A stretch of 64,000 nt of DNA. Origin: Mytilus edulis. Its lineage: Eukaryota. A model generated the notes under the pieces. The model saw only the letters and a list, made by a program, of their open reading frames with translations. It ran no database searches and was not told the origin of the DNA. This document shows positions 1 through 12,648 of the stretch, one piece after another (the stretch's first letter is position 1; the number at the start of each line of letters is the position of its first letter). The position numbers were made by a program, and so were the translations under genes. The stretch spans positions 18,972,001-19,036,000 of the forward strand of contig NC_092352.1 of the NCBI RefSeq assembly GCF_963676685.1, written 5' to 3'.

Positions 1-186
1 CAAAATCAGTTAAAATAAAACATCTAAAAACTTATTTCAACTCTCTTCTTTCATTTCCACCTTATAAAAGCTAAGAAATGTTTGAGAAAAGGAAAGAAAA
101 AAATTTAAGAAGAAATACACTTAAATTAAAGGGAACTATATTCGTGAACAACGAAAAGCGGGGTCATTAATTGTGGTCTTGGGCCT
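1..186. mobile_element. Right part of a MITE, second copy of the element at 1481-1933
   Basis: 1-186 is a near-identical direct repeat of 1748-1933 (offset 1747) and ends in the same TIR ATTAATTGTGGTCTTGGGCCT. Confidence 0.8.
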
Positions 187-1480
187 ATTAGGGGCCAAAA
201 ACTTGACCAATTCCAATAAAACTTGGCATGATTTAAGCTTAGTGTATTATGAGTCAGTTTACAAAGTTTCAAAGCCATATGATACATATTATAGAAAATG
301 TGGCATTTTTTATATCTCAACTTTGGTTGCTGAATTGTGACGTTGAAATAGAAAAATTTCAACTTTCAAATTTTCGCTTCAAAAATCCCCCGAAACACCA
401 AATTCCACTTTTTTATGTCTCAATGCATAAGATATTATATATTCAAAGTTAATGATAGCATACTTAATGTATGAGACTTATAAAAATTTGACAAAAGTTA
501 ATTTTATATGTGCCTATGCCAAAAAATAGAGGTTTTCAAATGAAGCGAGGCCTTATATGAAATGTAATATTTTCCACTTACAACAATTTTCTGAAGTTTC
601 TAAGTTAAAACAAAACATTTAACATATCATAAATGTTCTTTTCATGTAAATATAAGTTTCAAAAAGCATAACACATGAGTTTTACATGGTATTAAGCAAT
701 GTCAAGCTTAAAATAACAAGTTGTCAATTTTGGCCGTTCCCTATATTTCCATATTTAATTGCATATAAATGATATTGGAGATGAAAATATGCTTCTTTTT
801 GCCAAAATTCTTGCTGAGATATGATCAAATTTGAAGCCTGGATGTAACAAGACTGTTGCTTTTAATTGTATATGTAGAAAGTATGGTCTGATGCAAAGTT
901 TTTTCAATTTACTGTTTAAAACCTGCATGGAATTTCAGTCTTAAAATGCCAATATTTTAACCACCAGCCATCCAACAGAAGAAAATAAAGGTATTCTGTG
1001 AAACAGACAAGTTTAAACAACCAGTAATAAGTGCTTTTCATATAGATTCAGTGCAATCTGTTTAAAGAAATACAATTTTAAAGTGCATAGAACTTCATAT
1101 TTCACTTGCTTCGTACGGACCGCTAGACCTAGACTATTAAAACAGCTTATTTTATACTCTTTTTATGCTTTTATCCACTTTTCTTTGTGTTCAGAGTTCA
1201 CAAATGAGTAAAGCACATGAAATAAATACCACAAACACAAATAGATATCAGAAAAAAATTGTCAGAGAAAAATTAAGGATGCTGATTTTGCAAAAATATT
1301 GAAAAAAGTGAAAAAGCTACTTTTTGGGCATATTGGCTGAAAAGTGACTTTTTTTTACAAATTTCTATCAAATAAAAGTGGAAATCATTTCTTCTCCTAT
1401 AGTTTGACAAATCAATACCAATAGATCATTCAGAGAAGTTGTCAAAATATAAATTCAAAATTTGCTGAAATGCACCTCTT

Positions 1481-1933
1481 AGGCCCGAGACCACAATTAA
1501 TTCCTCTATTAGTTCTTTATAACGTTTTGTCTCATAAAAAAAAATTGAACTGTTCTTTTTGGCAGATCTTTTGTGTGTGTAAGGTACAGTACAAGTCCAA
1601 AAATATGTCCAAGTTTCAGAAACATTGCATGTTTACAACTTACAAATTTAGCCAATACACATCCATACCCCTATGGACAAGTCAAGAGATGTTCCGAAAA
1701 CTGTAAATATCACCTTTTTGCACCTGACCTAATCACTCTTTCCATATCAAAATCAGTTAAAATAAAACATCTAAAAACTTATTTCAACTCTCTTCTTTCA
1801 TTTCCACCTTATAAAAGCTAAGAAATGTTTGAGAAAAGGAAAGAAAAAAATTTAAGAAGAAATACACTTAAATTAAAGGGAACTATATTCGTGAACAACG
1901 AAAAGTGGGGTCATTAATTGTGGTCTTGGGCCT
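1481..1933. mobile_element. ~450-bp MITE with 21-bp TIRs (GGCCC termini, PIF/Harbinger-like)
   Basis: Left AGGCCCGAGACCACAATTAAT and right ATTAATTGTGGTCTTGGGCCT (1 mismatch). Superfamily inferred from termini only. Confidence 0.75.
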
Positions 1934-2510
1934 TTTACCGTTCAGGAGTTATGGTTCTTGAAAGATTGAAAAATGGAGTTTCCAGTCGTGTCCGTGCATT
2001 TACGCATGAACTGTTCTACCTAAGCTTCCCAAATTTTAATATGTTGTTACTGATGACAAAATGGAGGTCAAGTTCAATAATGACGATTTTGACTTTTACC
2101 GTTCTGGAGTTATGGTTCTTGAAAGATTGAAAAATGGTGTTTCCAGTCGTGTCCGTGCATTTTCTCATGAACCATTCAACCAAAGCTTTTGAAATTTTTA
2201 TATGTTGTTACTGATGGCAAATTAAAAGTCAAGTTCAATTATGACGATTTTGACTTTTACTGTTCAGGAGTTATGGTTCTTGAAAGATTGTGAAATGGCG
2301 TTTCCATTCACGTTGTTGCATTTACTAATGAACCATTCAATCTAAGCTTTTCAAATTTTAAGATGTTGATACTGATGACAAAATGGAGGTCAAATTTGAT
2401 ATTGACGATTTTCACTTTCACCATTCATCAGTAATGGTTCTTGTGATATTGCCAGGACACAAATAAATATTAATAAATCCGGTTTGCTGTCGTTGTGACA
2501 GCCTCTTGTT
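1934..2510 (+). repeat. 161-bp tandem core (~3.3 copies) ending in a short palindrome; 3' part of a Helentron-like non-autonomous element
   Basis: TTTTACCGTTCAGGAGTTATGGTTCTTGAAAGATTG recurs at ~1933, 2094 and 2255. Terminal hairpin GCTGTCGTTGTGACAGC followed by CTCTTGTT. Confidence 0.7.
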
Positions 2511-3777
2511 ATACATATATACTAAGATGATATAATAAAATAAAGAAAACCGTAACTACGTAAATTGACATTCATATACATGCTTTTTATGGCAGTTACA
2601 TTGAGTATTCTTTAACTATTTTATTGGTTAAACGGTTCCATCATTACACAATTTTAAAGCCCAAACTTTTTCTAACTCAAGCAAAACGCTGGTCTTGAAA
2701 ACATTAAAAATGTTTTTGAAACTGATATTCTGAATTGAAATCAAATCAATATAAATTTCTAGATATTTCAACATTTTGATACGCCTCCACTTTTTTGTAA
2801 GTCGGCTTATGGTAGAATAGACTGAATTTTCAAAAATGTCTAAAAGCATGATAGTTAGCGTCGCTGTGACTGAAACAAATACTTTTAAACATCACTTAGC
2901 CTTTATTGTCATTTACCAGAATGGATTGAATACATGTTATATCTGAATTTAGAAAAGGAATAAACTCGATCCCTGAATTTATACCTGATAAATTTAAATA
3001 ATGAACTTCTTTGTTTTCGCTTTGTAACTTCTATAAAGATTTTCATTCAATACGTACAATCCATTAGATACCAGCGAAAACATTTAATCCAGAGGGAAAA
3101 AAGAAAAAAATATACAATCATACCGTTCATACGTACTCATTATTGCAAATTTACCGATGGAAAATACTAATCTATCTTTTTTTGAGACCATCAGAAATGT
3201 ATTTTTAAAACAAATATTTATCTGTCAGTTTCACTGTGTACTTCCGATTAACAATGTTATGTATTGTCCACTCTAATTTTTCTATCTAAAAAAGCCAGTT
3301 CATTAATAAATCTCGTATACTTCCAATCACTTTCATAAAATGGATTATCTGCAGTCAGAATTTTAGTACAATTATATTGACATTACTGTAATTGAAAATG
3401 ACGATAATTGCTTTAGCATGATTTATTATTTTAGATTTTTTTTTATAAACTCGTCTTCTGTGATTATGATGGAGAGTGTTCTCTGTTTAATTTACTATCA
3501 GGTTACAACTATGGTGTATGGAACTTAACTTTTAGAAAGAAATACCCAATCGATGACAAAGAGACCGGCATTCAAGTCAAATCTGTGGATTTCTTTGATT
3601 TTCTTTTTCTTATTTTTCATGTTCCCCAGAAGAATAAATACTAGTAGTATCTTATAATAACCAACATGCTGTTGTCTCGCATAACTGTTAAAAAATTGTA
3701 AACGCGAATGCAGATGTGTTTTAACTAAATATCTCAACATTCAAGTCAATTCTGTGGATTTCTTGGATTTTTGTTGG

Positions 3778-5711
3778 TTTTTGTCGAGCCGGCGACTTTT
3801 GTCGCAGAAAGCTCGACATAGGGATAGTGATCCGGCGGCGTTAGCTAACTTCTTAAAAGCTTTATATTTTAGAAGGTGGAAGACCTGGATGCTTCATACT
3901 TTGTATATGGATGCCTCATGTTACGAAGTTTCCGTCAGTCACATGTCCAATGTCCTTCACCTCATTTTCAGGGTTCAGGTACTACTTGAAAAAAAAGTTA
4001 AGATTTTTTGTAAATTTAAATTCTCTCTTATTATAAGAAATAGGATAACTATATTTGATATGTGCGTACCTTGCAAGATCCTCATGCCCGTCAGACAGTT
4101 TTCACTTGACCTCGACCTCTTTTCGTGGATCAGTGAACAAGGTTAAGTTTTGGTGGTCAAGTCCATATCTCAAATACTATAAGCAATAGGTCTAGTATAT
4201 TTGATGTATGGAAGGACTGTAAGGTGTACATATAGCAAACTGGCAGGTGTCATCTGACCTTGACCTCATGTTCATGGTTCAGTGGTTATAGTTAAGTTTT
4301 TGTGTTTTGGTCTGTTTTTCTTATACTGTATGCAATAGGTCTATTATATTTGGTGTATGGAATGATTGTAAGGTGTACATGTCTAGCTGGCAGGTGTCAT
4401 CTGACCTTGACCTCATTTTCATGGTTCAGGAGTCAAAGTTAAGTTTTTGAGTTTTAGTCTTTTGTCGAGCCTTCGACTTTAGTCGAAAAAGCGAGACTAA
4501 GCGATCCTACATTCCGTCGTCGTCGGCGGCGTCCACAAATATTCACTCTGTGGTTAAAGTTTTTGAAATTTTAATAACTTTCTTAAACTATACTGGATTT
4601 CTACCAAACTTGGACAGAAGCTTGTTTATGATCATAAGATAGTATCCAGAAGTAAACTTTGTAAAAATAAAATTCCATTTTTTCCGTATTTTACTTATAA
4701 ATGGACTTAGTTTTTTTCTGCGGGGAAACATTACATTCACTCTGTGGTTAAAGTTTTTAGAATTTTAATAACTTTCTTCAACTATCCTTGGTTTATACCA
4801 AACTTGGACAGAAGCTTGTTTATGATCATAAGATAGTATCCAAAGGTAAATTTAAAAAAAAAAAAAATCCGTTTTTTCCGTATTTTACTTATAAATGGAC
4901 TTAGTTTTTCTGCGGGGAAACATTACATTCACTCTGTGGTTAAAGTTTTTAAAATGTTAATAACTTTCTTAAACTATCCTGGGTTTGTACCAAACTTGGA
5001 CAGAAGCTTATTTATGATCATAAGATAGTATCAAGAAGTAAATTTTGTAAGAAAGATAGCTCCATTTTTTCTGAATGGACTTAGATTTTCTTCCAGTTAA
5101 CATTACATACAGTCTGCAGTTAAAGTTTTCAAAACATTTAGAATCTATTAGATTCATTAACTATCCTAGATTTTTACCAAACTTGGACAGAAGCTTCTTA
5201 CAATCATAAGATAGTATCAAGAGGAATATTTTTATTGATATTTTTCCTCATTTTTGTTGAGCCTGCGATTTACAGCAAAAGTAGGCGAGACACTGGGTTC
5301 CGCGGAACCCTTACAAATTTTTTCTAATACTACATGCAATAGGTCAACTATATTTGGTGTGTTGAAATTTTTTATGATCTATATGTCACTCGCGCAGGTT
5401 TTATTTGACCTTGACCTCATTTTCACGGTTATTGCTCAGTGTTAAGTTCTTGTGTTTTGGTCTGTTTTTCTTAAACTATAAATAATAGGTCAACTGTATT
5501 TGTTGCATGAAAGAATTGTTAGCTGTACATGCCTGCCTGCCATTGTTCATCTGACCTTGACCTCATTTTCATGGTTCAATGGTCAATGTTTAGTTTTCTT
5601 GGTTAATGTTAAGTTTGTGTGACAGTTTTAATAAACCTTTATATTTCGGACTATCAACATAATATCAATGATTTTAAAGAAGGCGAGACATTTCAGCGTG
5701 TGCACACTTGT
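3778..5711 (+). mobile_element. Helentron-like (HINE) non-autonomous element with ~148-bp internal tandem cores
   Basis: 5' TTTTGTCGAGC...GCTCGACA subterminal inverted repeat. Core motif TGACCTTGACCTCAT recurs at ~4255, 4403, 5407 and 5552. 3' GGCGAGACA...CTTGT end. Interrupts a ~170-bp local duplication (3568/3738). Confidence 0.7.
4460..5318 (+). mobile_element. Second Helentron-like element nested in the first, ~192-bp cores
   Basis: Starts TTTTGTCGAGCC, then a (GTC)n/GGC microsatellite, cores at ~4540, 4734, 4926 and 5105, and a 3' palindrome GGGTTCCGCGGAACCC (5295-5310). Inserted in a T-run that splits an outer core. Confidence 0.75.
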
Positions 5712-5841
5712 GTTTTGTACCCAGAAGAATGCTTACTATTTAATAATAAACCTGTTCGCTGTTGTCTCACATAACTGTTCGTGAATATAAACTTAATAAA
5801 TTTTAGGAGCAAGAATAAACGCGAATGCAGATGTGATTTTA

Positions 5842-5989
5842 CAGTGGCGGATAAAGAAATTTTTGTAAGGGGGGCCTGCTGACTGATCTAAAAGGGTGGG
5901 CTCCAGTCACGCTTCAGTGATTCCCTATATAATCAACCAAATTTTGCCCACGAAAAGGGGATCCAGGCTCTCCTCTGGATCCGCCTATG
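5842..5989. mobile_element. Short MITE (CAGTGGCGGAT...GGATCCGCCTATG)
   Basis: Imperfect TIRs. Absent from the paralogous local copy at ~3712-3735. Related copy at 34054-34165. Confidence 0.6.
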
Positions 5990-7848
5990 CTTTACTAAAT
6001 ATCTCATTATTACAGATAGTCTTTGTTTTTTGTATCTATGAATTTTTTTAAAGAATGATATCACAATATAGATTTTATTAACACTAAACTTGAACATATC
6101 TTTTTTAACTTGAGCTATTTAAAGTAGTACCAAAGAATAGCCCGTGACAAAAAGACTAATTGTGATATCAGTATGTGTTTTACTGATACCAAATACATTC
6201 TTAACCCGTTTATGTTGAAATTGTGATGGACTTTATCCACTATCAATCATGGCTACTGTCAATACTAAAAATATATATGAATTGGAAAAATCCATATGAT
6301 AAAATATAAAAAGATTTCATAGTCCAGCTGTAGATTTAGCTATACACAGTCTTGTCTTATGTTAGTTGCGCTCTACATCTGCTCTATATAAAGGTAATAC
6401 ATAATTATTTTCCCATTTTCTCTTGTGCTATAAAGAGCAATCTTTTAGAAGATCGTTTTGGATTTGGAATACAATCTTAATTGTTGTCTTTTTCTGCCTT
6501 AAATTGATACCCTTTTCATTGCTTTTGCATGGCAATATGAATCACTATACTATCTTATCTATTTCTAGTTTTATTGACAGACCTGACATTTTTTATGATA
6601 AATGATAAAACCTCTAAATATATATATATGATTTAATACTTTACTCGCCATACCACCCCACTGAGAGGTAACAGATTTACCATATTAAGACTTACTACTT
6701 TTCCTGGATTTCTCATCAATCAAAAATATTGAACCATACAATTTTACAATAGAATAAAGGAAAGGCATATTTGAAGTACAATAAAAATAAGAAAATAAAA
6801 TACTCTGCACGGTACTGTTTCAACTGAAACACTAATTTGGTTTTAAAGCATACGTTTACACGACATTAATCAGAAATGGTATATTGATATAAAAACTTCC
6901 TTAGACAATCCTTTCATGTACAATATTTGAACACACATGAAAATGATCACTTTTATTGAAGTATAATATTAACTTATTGTTGAAACATTACAGCTATCGT
7001 TATTTACAGATTTACGTCGGGAACATACTGTTGAACCAGATGTTACAAACATTTTTGCAAATGACGTTTTCTTTGCTTTGAGAAAAAGACCTATTGCTAT
7101 ATGAACTTATTGCATGTCGATATCATATGCAGCATGCGACACAGAGGACAAAAGTGTAATCACCCGTTAACATTCTACTCTTTGGAATAAAAACAACCAC
7201 AGTGGCAGATACTGTTCAATATTATTGTTTCTTTTATTCACCGAATATTTACACAAAAGAAGTCGAAGGAGAGAATACAAAAAAACACACGGAAAAAAAA
7301 TATATTTTAAGTTTTCACACTCCGAACTTTATCAACGTTGATCAAGCATTCATACTCAGCTGGGAATTGAGTTTCCAACAGAAAGAAATGTTTTAAAAAG
7401 TCATTTAGCGTTATTAATTAAGTGCACTGGAACGCGATTGATCGCGACAGTATAATTATAGTATTACAGATTCCAAACGTGTCACGGATCTGGTAATAAA
7501 TAAAGTTCTAATGATGACAATTCCACACTAAACAAATATTTGAAATGGTTGGTCTTTTTGAATTATTAGACTTTTAGAAGGATATCTTGTTATGGAAACA
7601 GTGAATATTATTTAGAAAAAAGGTTGTGATTCAGTCGTTTCATTTTGTACGATATATTTTATTGGAGAACATTTAGGAAAGGATTAAATAAGCATTCACG
7701 CAATTTTTAAATTTAATTATCCAATCAGATGTCAGCCATATTCAGTGACCAAATGATTGGGTGAGCGGTGATACTCAAAGCAGAGAATCAAGAGCTTCCT
7801 ATATAGTCGGTCAAGGAAAGGAAAAGAGAAAAAACAGGATTTACACAT

Positions 7849-8042
7849 ATGAAGCCGTTTTTTAATATTGTGAAGGCCATTATGGTCCGGCTGGTTTTGT
7901 TGGTACATAGTTTACTAGCTATATGGAGAGTTGTCAACATTGCAAATGATATGAATTTTTGGTACCTAGCTATTGCGGACGGAGCTTTCCTTATAGAGGG
8001 ATTGATTACAATAATAGCCAGGAAAGGAATGGAATATAAATG
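7849..8042 (+). CDS. TMEM26: TMEM26-like transmembrane protein, coding exon 1
   Basis: ATG 7849, MKPFFNIVKAIMVRLVLLVHSLLAIWRVV...KGMEYK(W), donor TG|GTAAG at 8043. Resembles the TMEM26 N-terminus. Confidence 0.9.
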
Positions 8043-8253
8043 GTAAGAAAATACCATTCCTTATTGTCACTTTTGCCATCGTTTTAGAAAAAACATGACT
8101 GGGCTCATTTTCTCTCTTTCTGATGTTCTAAAACAGCTCTCTTTCTCTCTCATTCATTCCTTCTCGTTATTGTTTCAAGCAAACGATCAGGCATATTGAT
8201 TTAAAAAAACTTTGAAAACAATATTTAAAAGGATTTATTGTTTTTGATTGCAG

Positions 8254-8410
8254 GTTCTGCCCTTGCTTTTTCTTTTACCTGTGTAGCACTATTCCTGCAA
8301 TATGGCTATTAGAATTAGACAGGCGTGATCGGTTTGTAAAGGAAGAGAATGCAACCCATACGACTGACACCAATTCTACTAACACTGTTGGATTACCTAA
8401 CTTCTATGGG
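8254..8410 (+). CDS. TMEM26: TMEM26-like, coding exon 2
   Basis: Acceptor TTGCAG|G completes the Trp codon. FCPCFFFYLCSTIPAIWLLELDR...NATHTTDTNSTNTVGLPNFYG matches the family motif WF.P..F.YL...P..WLLEL. Donor GTATGT at 8411, phase 0. Confidence 0.9.
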
Positions 8411-9268
8411 GTATGTAAGATGCTTTTTAATGTCCCTTTTGTTTTCATGTCATTTCATTTAATTTTAAGTTTTCTGAAAAGATGGTACAAAATGCCTCCC
8501 ACCCTTTATCCTGCGAAATGACTATACAATCAAATGTATGTTTAATATGTACAAGTTGTAAATACTGCATTGGCGATGATTTGTACATAGTTGAAAAGTT
8601 GAGAAGTCTGTGCTTGCTGTAAAAATGACCATACTCAAAACGTCTGTACAAGTGATGATAAATTTTGTACACATTTACAACTTGTAATAGAAGTGTTTTC
8701 TTATTAAAAATACGAAGATGTGGTATGCTTGTGTCAATGCCTATGAGACAACTCTCCACGGGAGACCAAATGACACTGAAATTAACAACTTACTATATTT
8801 TACATGCATACATTACTCATATCATCCAGCTAAATCTAGAGTTGAGTACACGTAAGAATCAATCGGAAATATTGAAATTATGTTTCAAAAGCAACTATTA
8901 TCGTCAAAAATGAGAGAAAACGTTATTCCCATATTATTGTATTTGTCTCCTGTACATTTATTATATGTGTCGTCCCTTATATATATATATGTTCTTATTT
9001 CATTGTGGTTAATATTCATGCAAGTACATGACATCCTTGTTTGTCAGATACAGTTCTTTTTAATTAAGTTATTAAGTTTAAAGGTTATTATATATGGTAA
9101 GCGAAATTACTCTGTTGAGAATAACTTATCAATTATTAATATCATGATAAAAAAACGTTAAAGAAGCAATTACAAAAATAATTATTTTTCATCAGGCTTT
9201 AGTATCGCCGATCAATTTTTCCTTTTAGTTATACTTGAAATAGAAAGAAGTGGATGGACCTTTGTTTA

Positions 9269-9692
9269 TAGAATGAAATTCAAAACAGTGTGGCTGTGGC
9301 CATTGATTGACACATTAAATTCATCCATTGACTGGGACAATTTAGGTGAACGTTTGTATGTAACGACCACTGCTCACTCTGTACTTTTTAAAGGCACTTG
9401 AACTATGGGGTCACCAAAGGTTCTCAACACCTTAATAAAGTAATTCGATGTTTTGATTTATATCAATTATATAAATCAAAACATAAAGGTTATTCCTGAT
9501 TAATTTTTCGAATTATTTTATAATTAAAGGCGTTAATAAACCTTTGGTGACCCCACAGTTTAAATGTCTATCGTAGGTACGTCGTGAACAGTGATCGTTA
9601 CAGACAAACGTTCACGTAAATTGTCCCAGTCAATGGATGAATTTAATGTGTCAATCAATGGCCACAGCCACACTGTTTTGAATTTCATTCTA
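9269..9692. mobile_element. MITE with ~110-bp TIRs and TA ends, containing an inner MITE (9401-9560)
   Basis: TAGAATGAAATTCAAAACAGTGTGGCTGTGGCC... and its reverse complement ending 9692. Inner TIRs AACTATGGGGTCACCAAAGGTT / AACCTTTGGTGACCCCACAGTT. Confidence 0.85.
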
Positions 9693-12648
9693 ATAACTTT
9701 GTCTGTTTTGTCTGTTATTTTTGATTGGTTTGTTTGCTTGTTAAGCTTTTTTGCTCTTTGATGTGACAGTGTACACATTTAGTTTATGAGTTAATTTTTA
9801 AAACCGTTGCGATTACAACCTATTTTGTAGTGTCTTATTGAGAAAGGCAAATGATGACTGTTCAAGATATGCCACCTGTTCATTATTCCGTTTTATACAT
9901 ATCTTGGTGCACATAACATATGTTTTCTGGAATAATCTGCATCATGCAGATACGGTTAATTGTTTCTTAGGCAATTTGTCAATAGAATAAAGGATGTAGT
10001 GTATTCCAAATTCATTACATTACATCTCAGCACATACGTAACAAACCACTAAGTAAATTAATAGAGCTTTTATTGTTGTACCAAATCTCAAAGTCACAGT
10101 AAGCCTTTCAGCACGGAGAAATATGTATGTTTTCTGTAACTTGAATGGGTGTTTAAATACACTTACAAGATATAGAATAGTTTGATTAACATTTGATTAA
10201 CCGCAGTTGGTGTCCCTGAAAATGTAGCTTGGCTTCCTGATTCAATTTACACTTTGTCTGACGGCGTCAACAATCAGTCAGCCAGACAGGACCACAGGCT
10301 TCCAATTGACTGATTGATTAGTTGTTAACAAAATAACAATAAATATAGTAGGTTGGTCTGTAATTGGGTACGTTCGAGAAGTTCGGCAAAAAATTGGACT
10401 GCCACTGGAAAGTGATGGTATATTGGCACATACACTTGTCTCAGATTTGTTTTCCTTATATTTCAACGTCCTCATTCTGACTGGAAGTGGCTCTGTATTT
10501 ATGCATTCCGCACAGCCGAAACGAACACCCTAATTTTGCAAGGGATTTTACTAAGAGTAAGAGTGACCATATTTGTATTCCCAAGTTAGGCCCTCTTTGG
10601 GGATCAATGCTACCGGAAGTGCACTCGTGTTTGGTATATATTTTGCAAGCGCATAGAGCGTGACATTCTTATAAAATTTAGTTTCTATCGAAACACCTAC
10701 TAGATTGTCTTTGACCTAATTTATACCCTTTATGAACGCTCAACCCTTTGAATTGATAGATCATGAACATTAGATGTGTTACATATTCCAGGTCTATATC
10801 AGGTTCACCTTAAATTCTAGAATGGTCACGACTGAGGATTTTTGATATTCTGTAATATTATTAATATCATAATTACCGGTACGAACGTAGAGGGTGTTAT
10901 CTGTATAGCCTGCCGCTCAAGGGACGATAGTTATATCAGAAACACCGAAAATAATCAATGTTGATGTCAAAATTACACTATCCTAAGAGGAGTTTATATA
11001 TATGACGATAAGACCCACTTCATACGTTGGCATAGGTTACTATCATGTTCATCTCATTACGAAAAAAAAGATGAAGAACTTTTAGACAAATGCGTTTGTT
11101 ATAATAGATTGAAAATGAAATCAAGCAATAAAACAGTCGGCGTCAGCCAACACATGTTGACAAATGACGACATCAAATAATACTAGTAGTACATATTTTG
11201 AAAACAGCATCAAATGATAGCAAATACCTCATGCTTGTACGTTAACAACAAACGGAGGTAAATGATGACAAACATGGTTCTTGCTTCTGACAATAATAAA
11301 ATGGCCCACTTTACAATAAACAGTTCATAATAAATAAACAATCGAGGATGAATAACAAATATGAAAATAAGAAGATGTGCTAATTTAAAAATCATGAATC
11401 TAAGACTAAAATATCAATCAGTTCACATTCAACATCCATTGGATTTAGTGCAAAGACGTCAAAAACAATAGATAAAGGTATCGACAGATTGAAGAACCAT
11501 GAATGTGGATATGTATATAAGGATAACATTTATTTGAATTTGAATTTACTGATATACAAAATCAATAGCAATTAAAAAAAAAACCAAACAATATTTCAAT
11601 ATCTAATTACAGTGTTGAATCTGTAACATTTTAGAATAGGATTTTATGGATCGATAAGTTTACCTGGTTCGTTTCCAAATTTCCGTGCTCGCTAAACACC
11701 ATCTCCGTAAAAATGAGTATCATGTGCTATCCCATTTGAAATAAGTTTTCTACAGGTACAACCAAACATCAAAACCAAATCTTTATATTAACGGCAGAAT
11801 TTAGAAAAGGTTTAAGTAATTTGTGGTAACGTAATTCCCGACTTAATGATTTTCCAGTTATACATAGAAAACGTTCAAACGTTACAACAGACACAGGCAT
11901 AGCGAACGAGCTGTGATATATAAACACTGTAACATGTAAGATAAGATGGTTCCAAAGGACATCGCCGTGAAAAAGGAAAATACAATAGAGAACGAAAAAA
12001 AAAAGTCTGTGAAAATATGAAGGACATAGAAGTAACTGTCCTAGTACCCATGAGTTTTCCCGTTGATACATTTTGAAAGTTTTAATGATCTACATCATTA
12101 TGTAATACGAACTGAATGTTTTTCATTATTTGTACTGAAGAAGATGTTTGTACATATTTTTGTTTGAATTTTGTTATTTGTTTTTAAACCAGAATTTACA
12201 AAATTATTGTTAATCAGGCCGTACTATAGCAATATAATTACAATATTATACTACGATGCAGGAACTTCAGCTGATATATAAAGTATTTGATATATATATT
12301 ATATGTTTACAGAGCGCTGTTTGTGTTATATGTAGGCGATCTTCAAATCGTACAAGAAATTCTGCTATCCTAGAATTTGCAATACATCGACAAAATCTGA
12401 AGTATTTTACCAAATTTTAATGACATATAAACATACATGATACAAAGATCTTTTTTACAAATGCTATCTTCAAAAAGCAATCTGTATCTTATAATTATGT
12501 ATTATAACATTGACTATTATCCACAGATAAGTATATCATAAGTATTTGTTCATGCCAAACTTTATGGTGTTACATAGCATGCCATATCACGAGCACAATT
12601 GTCAAAGCAATTTTCAAGAGACCTTTCCATTATTATATATTTTTTTCA

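Noticed and set aside
7715-7810. TMEM26 promoter (CCAAT at ~7721, ATTGG at ~7756, TATA-like at ~7800)
   Set aside because: Plausible, but short motifs in AT-rich DNA cannot be supported without transcription start data.
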